In this document: piece after piece, positions 28,626-40,995 of the stretch
How positions within the stretch are numbered: the first letter of the stretch is position 1
How the letters are laid out: each line of letters opens with the position of its first letter
DNA from: a bacterium
GTDB lineage: Bacteria > UBA8248
Direction: 5' to 3'
Length of the DNA: 64,000 nt
Assembly: GCA_963692865.2 (NCBI GenBank)
Contig: OY843592.1
Location: 1,504,001 to 1,568,000 of the forward strand
Program-made: the position numbers and the translations under genes
The notes under the pieces: model-generated
Told to the model about the DNA's origin: nothing
The model's database searches: none
The model's input: the letters and a program-made list of their open reading frames with translations, nothing else

Positions 28626-29612
28626 TCACGGGCCGTAGCGCAGCCGCGCCACCGCGCCCCGCTGGGCGAGCTGGCCCTGCGCGTAGCGCCCCGGCATGGA
28701 CGGCGAGCGCCAGCGGCCGGCGAGCTGCATCTCGACCAGCGACGCCCCCGCGCTCGCCAGGCTCTGCGCGCTGCCCACGCGCAGGCTGTGCCCGCTGACG
28801 CGCCCCTCCACGCCCGCCTCCCGGGCGCGGCGGATGATGATGCGCCGGACGCTCCTCTCCGTCAGGCGCCCCGCGCTCACCCGGCCCGACCTGTGGACGG
28901 CCCGGAACAGCGGCCCCTCCGCCAGGGCGGCGGCCAGCAGCCACGCCCGGACGCGCGCCACGGTCGGCCCGCCCAGGAACTGCGCGGCGCCCCCGCCCTC
29001 CTGGTCGGTCTTCGAGCGCCGCACCAGCGCCGTCTTCTCGTCCAGGTCCACGTCGCCCACGTCGAGCGCCGATATCTCCGACACCCGGAGCAGCGCGTCG
29101 CTCGCCACCGCCACGATGGCCGCGTCGCGCAGCCCGGCCAGGCCCCCCGCGCGCTCGGCCATCGCCGCCGCCCGGTCCGCCTGCTCCCAGCGCACCCCCG
29201 CCACCTGCCCGCGGCCGCGCTCGGCGGCCATCCGCCTGAACCCGGCGAGAACCCGCTCCGCCGCCGGGCCCACCGGAGAGGGCCGGCCCCGGAGCCTGGC
29301 CCGGAAGCGCAGCGCCGCGACCGCCATGGCGGCGCAGGCCGCGGAGAGCCCCGCCTCGTAGAGGTCCCCCAGGTAGGCCGCCACCCCGGCGTCGGTCTCG
29401 GGCCGCCCCGAACGCGCGAACCCCCGGAGCGCCGCCTCGTAGGCCCGCCGCGTGTTGCGCGCCATCGAGGCCTCCGCCAGGTCCGCGGCCGCGCCGGCCG
29501 GGCGGGCCAGGGCCTGCGCCCTCGCCGAAGCGGCGTCCCGTGCCGGGTCGGGTGGTGTCGCCCCCGTGGTCATGGCGAGAAGCCAACCTTCCGGGTCCGT
29601 AGCTGTTTCCAT
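28626..29612 (-). CDS. Cre-like tyrosine site-specific recombinase
   Basis: ARNTRRAY N-terminal domain, RDAAIV..LLRVSE (R), RRSKTDQEG (K), SGHSLRVGSA (HxxR), GRWRS (W), PGRYA (Y); start at METATD or MTTGAT (29573). Confidence 0.9.
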   Translation of the reverse strand: METATDPEGWLLAMTTGATPPDPARDAASARAQALARPAGAAADLAEASMARNTRRAYEAALRGFARSGRPETDAGVAAYLGDLYEAGLSAACAAMAVAALRFRARLRGRPSPVGPAAERVLAGFRRMAAERGRGQVAGVRWEQADRAAAMAERAGGLAGLRDAAIVAVASDALLRVSEISALDVGDVDLDEKTALVRRSKTDQEGGGAAQFLGGPTVARVRAWLLAAALAEGPLFRAVHRSGRVSAGRLTERSVRRIIIRRAREAGVEGRVSGHSLRVGSAQSLASAGASLVEMQLAGRWRSPSMPGRYAQGQLAQRGAVARLRYGP

Positions 29613-29745
29613 CGCCTGGTGTCGTTCAGGCGCCTCGTGGATTACCGGGTATGATAGACCATGGCGGGGATGGGCGATAGCGGGGAATTCCCGGAAAAAA
29701 AGCCGTCTTCGCAGATGGAGATCGAAGCGGGGCCGTGGATATTGG

Positions 29746-29940
29746 ATTCTGATAATTATTGTTACGGGACGCCGGAAACCCCGTTCTCCGCCGTGAGGCT
29801 CGTTCCGGGGCGCACACGGACTTTGAATGAGCGGAAAAAGACGCAAAACGGCGCAAAAAAATCCCTCGGAGACTTCAAAATCGCGCTTGACATGTTCTTG
29901 AGAAGTGATATATCGTCTGATAACAATAATTAGCGGCGGG
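29746..29940. promoter_or_regulatory. Putative invertible promoter segment bounded by inverted TAA-N6-TTA recombination sites
   Basis: TAATTATTGTTA (29753-29764) and TAACAATAATTA (29921-29932) are exact reverse complements; internal TTGACA (29887-29892)-18 nt-TATCGT (29911-29916) faces the lipoprotein gene. Confidence 0.65.
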
Positions 29941-30203
29941 CAGATTTTATGCGAGGCAGCCGAAAGATATGCAGCTTCTGGAGGGCCGGAAAAGGCGTGG
30001 ACATGCCGCAAGAGTTCGCGTCCCGCGGAAAGCGCCGCTACCGCCCCGAACATGAGTCGTTAAATCCAAATCCGCCGTATTTCAAGTTGCTGTGAAAATA
30101 ACCGATTTGTAAAGGCCCGTAAAAGGAGGAAAGGAGGTTCATCGGAGAAAGCCGGAAATTCACGGAAAATCCCTTTTTCTATGTTTTCAGGAGGATTCAC
30201 TCA

Positions 30204-33200
30204 ATGACGTGGAGAAATAAACCAATTCACAAGCTGTACGCTTTCGCGGTGGCGGCGGTCTTCGCGCTGACGCTGGCGGGCTGCGGCGGCGGCGGTGGAA
30301 GCGCCTCGCCTCCTCCGGGCCCGACGCCGATTGAAAGCGCCAAACTGCGTGTGCAGGCTCTTTACGACGCGGCGAAGAAAGCAGCGGCGGACGCGCAGAC
30401 GGAACTCGATGGCTTGGATGCCAAGGCGTTTGCTGCTCAGAGCGCTTATGCGGCGGCCCTGGATGCGGCTCGGGCGGCTCAGCAGGCGGCCGACGCTGCG
30501 GGCGACGCGAATAGCGTGGCCCAGGGTGCGAGCGAACTCTCCGTGGTGGAGGCGCAGGAGAAGGTCGCTACGACCGCAAAAGAGAGGGCCGACGCTGCGA
30601 AGGCTGATACCATGAAGCATGCCAAAGCAGTTGGCGACGCTCATACAACGTACATGGCGGCTGTGGATGCCGGTGTAAAAGCGGCGAACAAGGCGGCTGT
30701 GGACGCTAAAGCGGATGTGACTACGTTGCAAAAAGAGCTCGATGCCTTGGAGCCGGAACAAAAGGCGGCCGGCGCCGCTGCCTACGAGAATGCCATGGAT
30801 CAGTTGGAGGCTGCCAAAGCGGCGGCGGCGGCGGCTCAGCAGGCGGCGGACGCGGCGGATGCGGCGTCCAAAACAACCCCTCCCGACAAGGCCCAGGTGG
30901 AAGCGAATCTGGCTCTGGCGAAAGCAGAGCGGGATAAGGCCTCTGATGCGCTCGCGGCCGGGCGGACCGCTATCGGTATCGTGATAGCGAGTTATCACGG
31001 GGACCGGAGAACGAAGGCTATAGCTGCGGCGAAGCTTGCGCTGGAAACGGCGAAAACAGCGAAGACCGGGGCGGTGAGTAAATTGGCCGAGCTCATCGCG
31101 TACAGCAAGACATTTGGCACCGATGACGAAGAAGTAGTCGAGCCTACGAAGCAGCAGGTGTCGGATGCCACGGAAGAGAAGAACAAGGCCGTCCAGGCTG
31201 AGGCGAATGCGATGGCCGCGGTCCAAAAGGCCGAGGCTTGCGGCTCTACTGACTACAAATGTGCAGAAGGCGCTAAGGAGGAGGCCGAGACGGCGCTTGA
31301 TGCCGCGGAGAAGGCGGCGAAGGCGATCACCGATGCAATAGCGGCTCTGGACGCTCGTGTGGTTGTGGTAAACAAAAGGATCGAAGATACGGGCGAGCTG
31401 AATAAAGCTGGCACAGCCGCCGACACCGCCGCGAAAGACGCCGAAGCCAAAGCGAAAACGGCCGAAGAGAATGCGAAAAAGGTCGCAGATCTCACATCGA
31501 GCAGTTCCCCGGGGGCTATAGCGGCCAAAAATGCGGCGGATGCAGCAAGAGCCGCTGCGAACAGGGCCAAAGCGGCGGCGGACAAGGTTAAGGACGCCGT
31601 GATGAAGGGCACGGACAACAGCAAGGACAGGTTGGACCCGGTGAAGAGAGGCGAACATCTCGCAACAGCGAAGAGCGAGCTGGCCAAGGTCGAGGAAGAA
31701 CAGGCCAAGGTCGTAGCCCAGTTGGCCATAGTCGATAACGAGCTCGCGCTTGCGGATTCGAGGGATCAACAGCGAAGGCTCGCCGCCGCGCGGACAGACG
31801 CGAAGACGTACGCGGATATGGCGAAAGGCCACTACGATTCGGCGATGAGTAAGGCGACGCAGGCCAGGGCGGAGGCCGTCAAAGCCAGGGACGCCGCGAA
31901 CAAGGCCAAGGCCGCCAGGACGGATTACGCCAACGCGGACAAGGAGGCCAAGAAAGCGGAGGATGCCGCCACGGCCGCCGAGAAGGCGCGTGATGCCGCG
32001 AAAACCGCGTCGGACGCCGCGAAAGCCGAGTATGATAAAGCTATGGCGGCAGACGTCACCGTCGCGGACGCCGAGGCGGCGCGGGACGAGGCGAAGAAAC
32101 AAAACGGCATAGCCCAAGCGAACGACACGGGCGCCGGCGGCGCGGGTCCGCAGTATATGGCCGCGAAGGCCGCGGCGGACATGGCGGCGAAGGCGGCCAA
32201 CACCCACGTCCTCGGGTTGTTCAAGATAGCGAACGCTTATCACATCGTGACGGCGGCCGATCCGGACGCCAACACGGATGACACGGAAGCCGGACTCATC
32301 GCGAAGAACAAGGCTGCCCACGTGGACGCGGTGAGTTCCGCCATCGCCACGGCGGCAGCGGACGCGGACAACAGTCAGGGAACCACCAGCGTCACGGATC
32401 ACAATACCGGCGGCGGGGCCTTTGACTCTACCGACGATACGGGAACCAGGTGGCCCTACAACGCCGACAACGACGCCACGAACGGTAGTGGCGACGGCAA
32501 GATCACGGTCGTGGTAGATATCAATAACACGTCTTACACGACAACGCGGGACGACCCGAGCACCAAAGATACTGACGAAACCAACTTCACTTCAGAGGCG
32601 GGTCTCGGCAGCTTCAACCACGGGTTCGAGATATCTCACGATACCGTCGAGCAAGGTGATGATAACACGAAGGTTGACGTGGGTGATACAAAGACCCGCA
32701 TCCTCGTGTTCACGGACAAGAAACAGGGCAGCGCGAGGAAAGCCTCGGTTAACGTATCTATCAATAATCGCCCGGCTGTGGCCGGCCGGATACAGATAGG
32801 TGCTACCGACACTGATTTAAGCAACGCTACTTACGACCACGACGGAGACGGGAAGAATTACCTCAGTGGCGCCACTTTCGCATGCCCAACCGGAACTGAT
32901 TGCGACTATACAATTAGTGCTGGCAAGGTAACCACTATGACCGGTTACCGTGTCACCGTATCGGGCGTGATACCAGCGGTGAACCCCACGGAAGACCTGA
33001 GCTACCTTGCCTTCGGGATCTGGCTGCAGGAAACGCTGACGGCAGCCAACACCCCGAATACCTACCAATTCGGCGCCTTCGCCGACGGTGGGTCCGCGGT
33101 AACTGCAACTCTGGCGGGGGTTACAGGTGATGCGACCTACACGGGCAAGGCGGCGGGCGTCTACACCAACGGCGCCAAAGTCGATTACTTCGAGGGCGAC

Positions 33201-33596
33201 GCTAAGCTCACGGCCGACTTCGACGATTCGACCATCACCGGGATGATCAACAACATCGTGGCGGGCGGCGTGTCCATGACCGACGTCATCAACCTGAACG
33301 ACGATGGGACTCCTGCTGACGGCAACATTGGAAACGGCACCTTCAACGGAGACGCCCGGATGGGCACCGGCACGACGAAGGACAACGTCACGACGTATAC
33401 CTACAACGGCACCTGGAGCGGCCAATTCTACAATCCGGCCGATGAAGACGACGGCAATAATGCCATCAACAAGGCGCCCGGCTCCGCCGCCGGCACCTTC
33501 GGCGTTACCGGAACGGACAAAATGGGGACGCCGGACGACTCCAAGGACGACGTCACCACGAGTTACGTGGGCGCGTTCGGCGCGCACAAGCAGTAG
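30204..33596 (+). CDS. Large surface lipoprotein: Ala-rich coiled-coil stalk plus C-terminal TbpB-like beta-barrel
   Basis: Lipobox LAGC then Gly/Pro linker; ~650 aa Ala/Lys/Asp helical region; C-terminal GDATYTGKAAG..LTADF..WSGQFY..AGTFG..VGAFGAHKQ; AGGAGG SD. Confidence 0.8.
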   Translation: MTWRNKPIHKLYAFAVAAVFALTLAGCGGGGGSASPPPGPTPIESAKLRVQALYDAAKKAAADAQTELDGLDAKAFAAQSAYAAALDAARAAQQAADAAGDANSVAQGASELSVVEAQEKVATTAKERADAAKADTMKHAKAVGDAHTTYMAAVDAGVKAANKAAVDAKADVTTLQKELDALEPEQKAAGAAAYENAMDQLEAAKAAAAAAQQAADAADAASKTTPPDKAQVEANLALAKAERDKASDALAAGRTAIGIVIASYHGDRRTKAIAAAKLALETAKTAKTGAVSKLAELIAYSKTFGTDDEEVVEPTKQQVSDATEEKNKAVQAEANAMAAVQKAEACGSTDYKCAEGAKEEAETALDAAEKAAKAITDAIAALDARVVVVNKRIEDTGELNKAGTAADTAAKDAEAKAKTAEENAKKVADLTSSSSPGAIAAKNAADAARAAANRAKAAADKVKDAVMKGTDNSKDRLDPVKRGEHLATAKSELAKVEEEQAKVVAQLAIVDNELALADSRDQQRRLAAARTDAKTYADMAKGHYDSAMSKATQARAEAVKARDAANKAKAARTDYANADKEAKKAEDAATAAEKARDAAKTASDAAKAEYDKAMAADVTVADAEAARDEAKKQNGIAQANDTGAGGAGPQYMAAKAAADMAAKAANTHVLGLFKIANAYHIVTAADPDANTDDTEAGLIAKNKAAHVDAVSSAIATAAADADNSQGTTSVTDHNTGGGAFDSTDDTGTRWPYNADNDATNGSGDGKITVVVDINNTSYTTTRDDPSTKDTDETNFTSEAGLGSFNHGFEISHDTVEQGDDNTKVDVGDTKTRILVFTDKKQGSARKASVNVSINNRPAVAGRIQIGATDTDLSNATYDHDGDGKNYLSGATFACPTGTDCDYTISAGKVTTMTGYRVTVSGVIPAVNPTEDLSYLAFGIWLQETLTAANTPNTYQFGAFADGGSAVTATLAGVTGDATYTGKAAGVYTNGAKVDYFEGDAKLTADFDDSTITGMINNIVAGGVSMTDVINLNDDGTPADGNIGNGTFNGDARMGTGTTKDNVTTYTYNGTWSGQFYNPADEDDGNNAINKAPGSAAGTFGVTGTDKMGTPDDSKDDVTTSYVGAFGAHKQ

Positions 33597-33657
33597 AACG
33601 AAACGCGACGCCTTCGGCCTCGGGCTTTGCGGCCCGGGGCCGGGGCGGTTGAAGGAG

Positions 33658-33780
33658 AGCGAAAAGGGGGTTGCCCGTTGGTTGCTTCCCTCGTGATAAG
33701 CAAACTGTACCGCTCCCTGCTTATGAGTTTGAGTCCTCCGAGGAGGGAGCGGGAACAACCGGGCAGCCCCCGTTTTCGCT
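33658..33780. other. Long nested stem-loop downstream of the lipoprotein gene
   Basis: agcgaaaagggggttgcccg pairs with cgggcagcccccgttttcgct; inner ccgctccct/agggagcgg stem. Confidence 0.55.
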
Positions 33781-34116
33781 TCATGCAATCAGGCCGACGC
33801 GCCGGATGCGAACAAGGCGGGCGCCGGCTCCGAAAACGGCGAGACCCGGGACCCCCTGACGGACGACCCGGCGGCGAGGCGGCCGCCGCGGCGGGGCGAA
33901 ACGCGCCGTTTAAGGACGCGAGGGCGGCGCTCGCCGCCCCGGAAGACGCAGCGAGCGGCGGCGGGAGGCCATGACCCGCTTCACGCAACCAGGCCGACGC
34001 CCCGGTTCGGCCCGGCCCGGTTTCGCCTCAGGGGTTGCGCCGCGCAATTCCCGCCTTCAGCCGGCCGTCGAGGGGCGCCCCGGCCCTTTTGCTTCGCAGA
34101 ACCCGGCCCCTTCAAG

Positions 34117-35013
34117 CGGTTGTTGAAAACCCCTCCTTGCCCGGTCGATTCCTCCCTCATCGCTCGGAACCGGCCACCGCCGTCATTGCCGTTTCGATTG
34201 TAGGGGCTGTTGTAGGTCAGACATATATGTCTGACATATCATGCGGCCCTGTTTTTTCGCCGCGCCCGGACGCGGGCCGCATACTATGCGGCCCCTACAG
34301 TCGTCAATCGAGGGGCGCGCAGGAACCGCGCACGGGGCCGCCGAACCTCCCCCGCCGGTCGGTCAGGACCCCGCCGCAGGCCGGACATATAGGTCCGGCA
34401 TACCATGCGGCCCTGATTTTTCGCCGTCCGAACGCGGGCCGCATGGTATGCGGCCCCTGCGGAAAGCAACCCTCGAGGGGCTGTTGGAAAAGTCCCTCGA
34501 TGCGGGAAAACCACCGTCATTCCGGCCTTGAGCCGGAATCCATTTTATGATTTTCGCTTTCGTTTTCGCATTTGATTCCGACTCGCTGGTGGGAGCGCCG
34601 CGCCCGGATCCGGAACGGATGAGGCGGATATATATGGGGCGTCCGTATCTTCCCCGTCCGGGAGCGAGGACGTCCGGTCGAAGGGCCAAAGACAAAGGCG
34701 AAAATGGATTCCGGCTCAAGGCCGGAATGACGATCAAAACCGTCGAACCCTCCCCGCAGGCCGGACATATATGTCCGACGTACCATGCGGCCCTGATTTT
34801 TCGCCGCCCGAACGCGGGCCGCATGATATGCGGCCCCTACGGGTGAAAGCCCGACCGGCGCGGGAGGGAATCCCGATCACCGAATTGCCCGCCGTCATTC
34901 CGGCGGCATTGGCGTTTCTGTTGTATGTCGGACATATACGTCTGACCCTGCGTTCCGAATGCGGGACGATGGCGCGCGGCGCCCGCTCCCGGGCCGGGTT
35001 TATCAACAACCCC
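34117..35013. repeat. Intergenic mosaic of REP, GTCATTCCGG palindromes and TIR-like ends
   Basis: gttgttgaaaacccc; gtaggtcagacatatatgtctgac; gtcattccggccttgagccggaatcc paired with ggattccggctcaaggccggaatgac. Confidence 0.8.
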
Positions 35014-35020
35014 TGGAGGC

Positions 35021-35185
35021 TCAGCCCTTCACCGCGCCGGCCGTCATGCCGGCGATGATCTGCCGCGCGGAGAAGAAGGTGAAGATCAGCGGTGGTATGA
35101 CGATGAGCGTGCCCATGGCCATGATGCGCCCCCATTCGGGGCCCGCGTCCGTGAGGAACAGGCTGGTGGCGGCCGGCGCGCGCAT
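35021..35185 (-). pseudogene. 3' fragment of a MalG-type carbohydrate ABC permease
   Basis: Translates ...SLFLTDAGPEWGRIMAMGTLIVIPPLIFTFFSARQIIAGMTAGAVKG*, the typical MalG C-terminus; no upstream part. Confidence 0.75.
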
Positions 35186-35556
35186 TTCCCCGCAACTGCG
35201 ATGGCGTCAGAAGGGAAGAGCGCGCGTATGATGGCGGCGCCGGGCGGTTCGTTCGGGGGATGGGGAATTCCTGAAAAATTGGATAAAATTGTATAAATTC
35301 AGGGGGTTTTTCGATAAATAGATGGCAAATTGTTTTGGGGGATACGGCGCCGCGGAATCCGGGCGCAGGGGGATTGTGGCGCGATCCGCCTCCCGCGCGA
35401 TGACGGCAAATGCGCGGAATTGCGGGGAATTGCGCCCCCGCCCGGGGCGCGCGCCCGGCGCGTCGAGAGGGCGTTCTCCCGGTCATGAACGCCGCGAGCG
35501 GCTCTCATCCCGCGCGCCGCGCCTGGGGGCGTTACGCCGTAAGGAATTGATATCGC

Positions 35557-36333
<777 letters not shown>

Positions 36334-36567
36334 TTCGTCGAACTCCTTTCGCGTTGCGTATACGGGGTTCTCCATTGCGAGGAGAAGTATGGAAACTCTG
36401 ATTCGGCGAGAAGATAGCTTATGGGACGGCGTTCGTCATCCGGTGATGCGACGGGAGGGATGATTGTAAAGAATTTCAGAAAATTTCCCGCGCCGGATTC
36501 TTTCCGTTCTACATGACAGGCGGATAAGTGAAAAAGAATCAGCAAGCTGAGTGAAAAGAATTTATTG

Positions 36568-36594
36568 TTAGCAGCCGGACGACCTGAGTGCTAA
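36568..36594 (+). promoter_or_regulatory. CIRCE operator upstream of groES
   Basis: TTAGCAGCC-N9-GAGTGCTAA, followed by TTGACA (36601)-17 nt-TATACA. Confidence 0.88.
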
Positions 36595-36745
36595 TGGCGC
36601 TTGACAAACATTCACATTTTCCATATACAGACTCGCGCAGAAACATAGGGCCTCGTCTTCGGATAGCGCTTTCCCCCGAAGACGGCCCCGCAGTTCCAAA
36701 TATTTGTTTCCAATCGCAACAATTGCAATCCACAAGGAGGAAGTG

Positions 36746-37048
36746 ATGGCAAAGGTCAAAACCAGGATACAGCCTCTTCAGGACCGCATTTTGGTGAAAC
36801 GCCTGGATGCGGAAGAGGAGCAGATCGGCGGGATCATCATCCCTGATTCCGCGAAAGAGAAGCCCCAGGAAGGGGAAGTGATCGCCGTAGGCCCCGGCAA
36901 GGTGACGGATGACGGGAAGAGGCAGGCGCCCGAGGTGGGCGAGGGCGACAAAATTCTTTTCGCCAAGTATGCGGGCACGGAAGTCAAGTCCGACGGCGAA
37001 GAATATCTGATCATGCGCGAAGACGACGTGCTGGCGGTCATCAACTAG
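36746..37048 (+). CDS. groES: Co-chaperonin GroES
   Basis: [35 protein letters not shown]; AAGGAGG SD. Confidence 0.97.
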   Translation: MAKVKTRIQPLQDRILVKRLDAEEEQIGGIIIPDSAKEKPQEGEVIAVGPGKVTDDGKRQAPEVGEGDKILFAKYAGTEVKSDGEEYLIMREDDVLAVIN

Positions 37049-38719
<1,671 letters not shown>

Positions 38720-38736
38720 GCATTTGCCTGGTGCTC

Positions 38737-38766
38737 AAGGGGGCCTCTCCGAGGCCCCCTTTTTTT
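38737..38766 (+). terminator. Intrinsic terminator of groESL
   Basis: aagggggcctc-tcc-gaggccccc followed by a T run. Confidence 0.85.
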
Positions 38767-38908
38767 GTGAAGATTCTCAAATGGATGTCTTGAAGAGGAG
38801 CAACTCGTCTCATAAGATGAAGCGTGGGGAGTGTTCGACGACTCGTTCCGACGATTCGCCTGCCGGCGCGTATTCAGCCGGTCGCGGAGATCGAATGGAG
38901 GGGAGCAT

Positions 38909-40168
38909 ATGAGGAAAAATGAGTCGAAAAGGCTCCCTCTCATCCTCTTCCTGATATCGTTATCGCTGCACCTGTTCGTCTTCGCGGCCTCGAGCCATGA
39001 ATACGTTTGGAGAAAATCGGCCCGGACGAATCGACCCATCAAGTTTCAGTTGGTATCCGTCGAAAAACCCGAGCAAAAACTTCTCCCGAACCCCCGAAGC
39101 CGGTTTTTATCCAATGCCAACCGAAAAGAAAGTGGCTCCGGCAAACCCGGCAAGACCCCGCGCCTAAAGCGCGAATCTAAAGACCAGATTCCATCTCGTA
39201 GAGGTAGGCTCGGCCCTGAGATTGCGCCTTTAGCGCCGGTTCCAAAACCGAAGGGCCAAGTTCCAGCCCTCCCGCCGGCGAGTCCAAAACCCCCGGCAGT
39301 CGTAACGCCAAAACCTGAGCTTAGAAAGGCGGAAAAACCGAAGGAAAGGAAATCTCCCGCAACTTCGGAGATAACGGAAACGCCCCGGCCGACGGAGACG
39401 GCGAGCCTGGCGCCGGCGCCAAAGCCTTCGGTCAGGGCCCCGTCGCCCGCGATTCCCCAAAAGGCGCAACCGAAGGCAAAGCCGCCGGCGGATAAAAAGC
39501 CGGAGAGAGAAAAAATAGAGGCCGAAGCGATTCCGAAGATAAAGCGCAAGCCCAAACCGGTGGTCAGGAAGAAAACGGAAAAAGTGGTCGTAAAGAAAAA
39601 GCCCCGAGAGAAGAACAGGAAAGCCGAGGCGAAGAAAAAGACGAAGGAGAGGGTTGAACTGGCCGCGTTGAAACCGGTTTCTCGACCCGTCCGACCGCGC
39701 CGTCCAGTTCCGAAACAGCCACAACCGAAAGACCCTTTGGCGCTGTTTCGAGTGAAGCCCCGGCCCGAAAGTAAACCCGAGCGCCCCAAATTCGGGCTCT
39801 CGGACGAGGCGGCGGACAGAATCGCGAAAAGAAGTTTGCCGGATGAAGATCTGAAAAAAGAAGAAGGCGATGCCATTTCGCTCGACACGCGCGATTTTCG
39901 GTACGCCTCTTATTTCGCCCATATCAAGAGGCGAATCCAGAACGCCTGGATTTGGCCTGTGGAGGCGCAGAAAAACAGGGGCGAACTGTTGTTGCGCTTT
40001 AAGCTGAGAAAAAACGGAACTTTGGAGGAAGTGCGTCTGGTCAGGTCCGCAGGGGTTCGAATTCTCGATGATCTGGCGATGGCCGCCGTCACCAAGGCGG
40101 CGCCGTTCGAGCCGTTTCCGGCAGGTCTTGAACGCAAGCCGATTACCGCCACTTTCGTGTATGAGTGA
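38909..40168 (+). CDS. TonB/TolA-family energy transducer
   Basis: N-terminal TM with SLSLH, long Pro/Lys-rich linker, C-terminal YFAHIKRRIQNAW...RSAG...LDDLAMAAV..AAPF. Confidence 0.8.
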   Translation: MRKNESKRLPLILFLISLSLHLFVFAASSHEYVWRKSARTNRPIKFQLVSVEKPEQKLLPNPRSRFLSNANRKESGSGKPGKTPRLKRESKDQIPSRRGRLGPEIAPLAPVPKPKGQVPALPPASPKPPAVVTPKPELRKAEKPKERKSPATSEITETPRPTETASLAPAPKPSVRAPSPAIPQKAQPKAKPPADKKPEREKIEAEAIPKIKRKPKPVVRKKTEKVVVKKKPREKNRKAEAKKKTKERVELAALKPVSRPVRPRRPVPKQPQPKDPLALFRVKPRPESKPERPKFGLSDEAADRIAKRSLPDEDLKKEEGDAISLDTRDFRYASYFAHIKRRIQNAWIWPVEAQKNRGELLLRFKLRKNGTLEEVRLVRSAGVRILDDLAMAAVTKAAPFEPFPAGLERKPITATFVYE

Positions 40169-40278
40169 GCCGGGGGCATCGTTTCCGAATTTTGGGGCGA
40201 TCTGTTTGGTTGACACCCGCAAGTGCTGATTTTAGGATGATTTTTTCTGCGATTCACTGCGAATCAGAGGACTGCCCT

Positions 40279-40950
40279 TTGCCCGAATCATCGCCGCGGT
40301 TGAGCAAACAGATCGAAGATTATTTGAAGAACATCTTCAAGCTTCAACAGGAATCGTCTCCCGTGGCGACGAGCGCGATTGCGGAGTGCATGGAAATCTC
40401 GGCGGCGTCGGTGACGAGCATGGTCAAGAAGCTCGATCACCAGGGACTGCTCACATATACGCCGTATAAGGGGGTCGTCTTAAGCCCAAGGGGAGAGAAG
40501 GTCGCCCTGGAGATTATCAGGCACCACCGGTTGCTCGAATTGTATCTCAACCAAAAGATGGGAATCGAGTGGGACAAGGTGGATGTCGAGGCCGAGGAAT
40601 TGGAGCACGTCTTGAGCGAGGAGCTGGAAGCCGTTTTGGACAAGGAACTCGGTTACCCCACCCTCGATCCCCACGGGGATCCGATTCCCGCAAAAGACGG
40701 CACCATGGTTGACACGAAGGAAATTGGCCTCCTCTCGCTCGAGGCGGGGCGGGCCACGAAGATCACCCGCGTATTGCAGGACGATCCGAACATATTGCGC
40801 TACCTGGGCGAGCTTGGCTTTTTCCCCGAAATGCCCATCGAGGTCATCGAGCAATCGCCTCTCGCCGGCACGGTAACGCTGCTCGTAAACGGAACCAGAC
40901 ATACCTTGGGCCGCGATATCGCCTCTCGAATTTTCGCGCTGAATGAATAA
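40279..40950 (+). CDS. DtxR/MntR-family metal-dependent regulator with FeoA domain
   Basis: EDYLKNIF, SVTSMVKKL, RHHRLLELYL, EAEELEH, DPHGDPIP; TTG start inferred. Confidence 0.9.
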   Translation: MPESSPRLSKQIEDYLKNIFKLQQESSPVATSAIAECMEISAASVTSMVKKLDHQGLLTYTPYKGVVLSPRGEKVALEIIRHHRLLELYLNQKMGIEWDKVDVEAEELEHVLSEELEAVLDKELGYPTLDPHGDPIPAKDGTMVDTKEIGLLSLEAGRATKITRVLQDDPNILRYLGELGFFPEMPIEVIEQSPLAGTVTLLVNGTRHTLGRDIASRIFALNE

Positions 40951-40995
40951 AACCATCATCGCTGCGTTCTTGACGCAATTTCATTAGGAGAAGAC

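Noticed and set aside
28626-29612. Recombinase as integron integrase or prophage integrase
   Set aside because: No IntI-specific insertion recognised, no attC cassette array, no phage genes or adjacent tRNA; motifs are Cre-like.
29613-30053. N-terminal 146 aa of the 475-aa recombinase ORF
   Set aside because: Non-protein-like translation across the AT-rich regulatory segment; homology begins near 29612.
36646-36690. Hairpin in the groES leader as an RNA thermometer
   Set aside because: It does not cover the Shine-Dalgarno sequence, so there is no support beyond a generic stem-loop.
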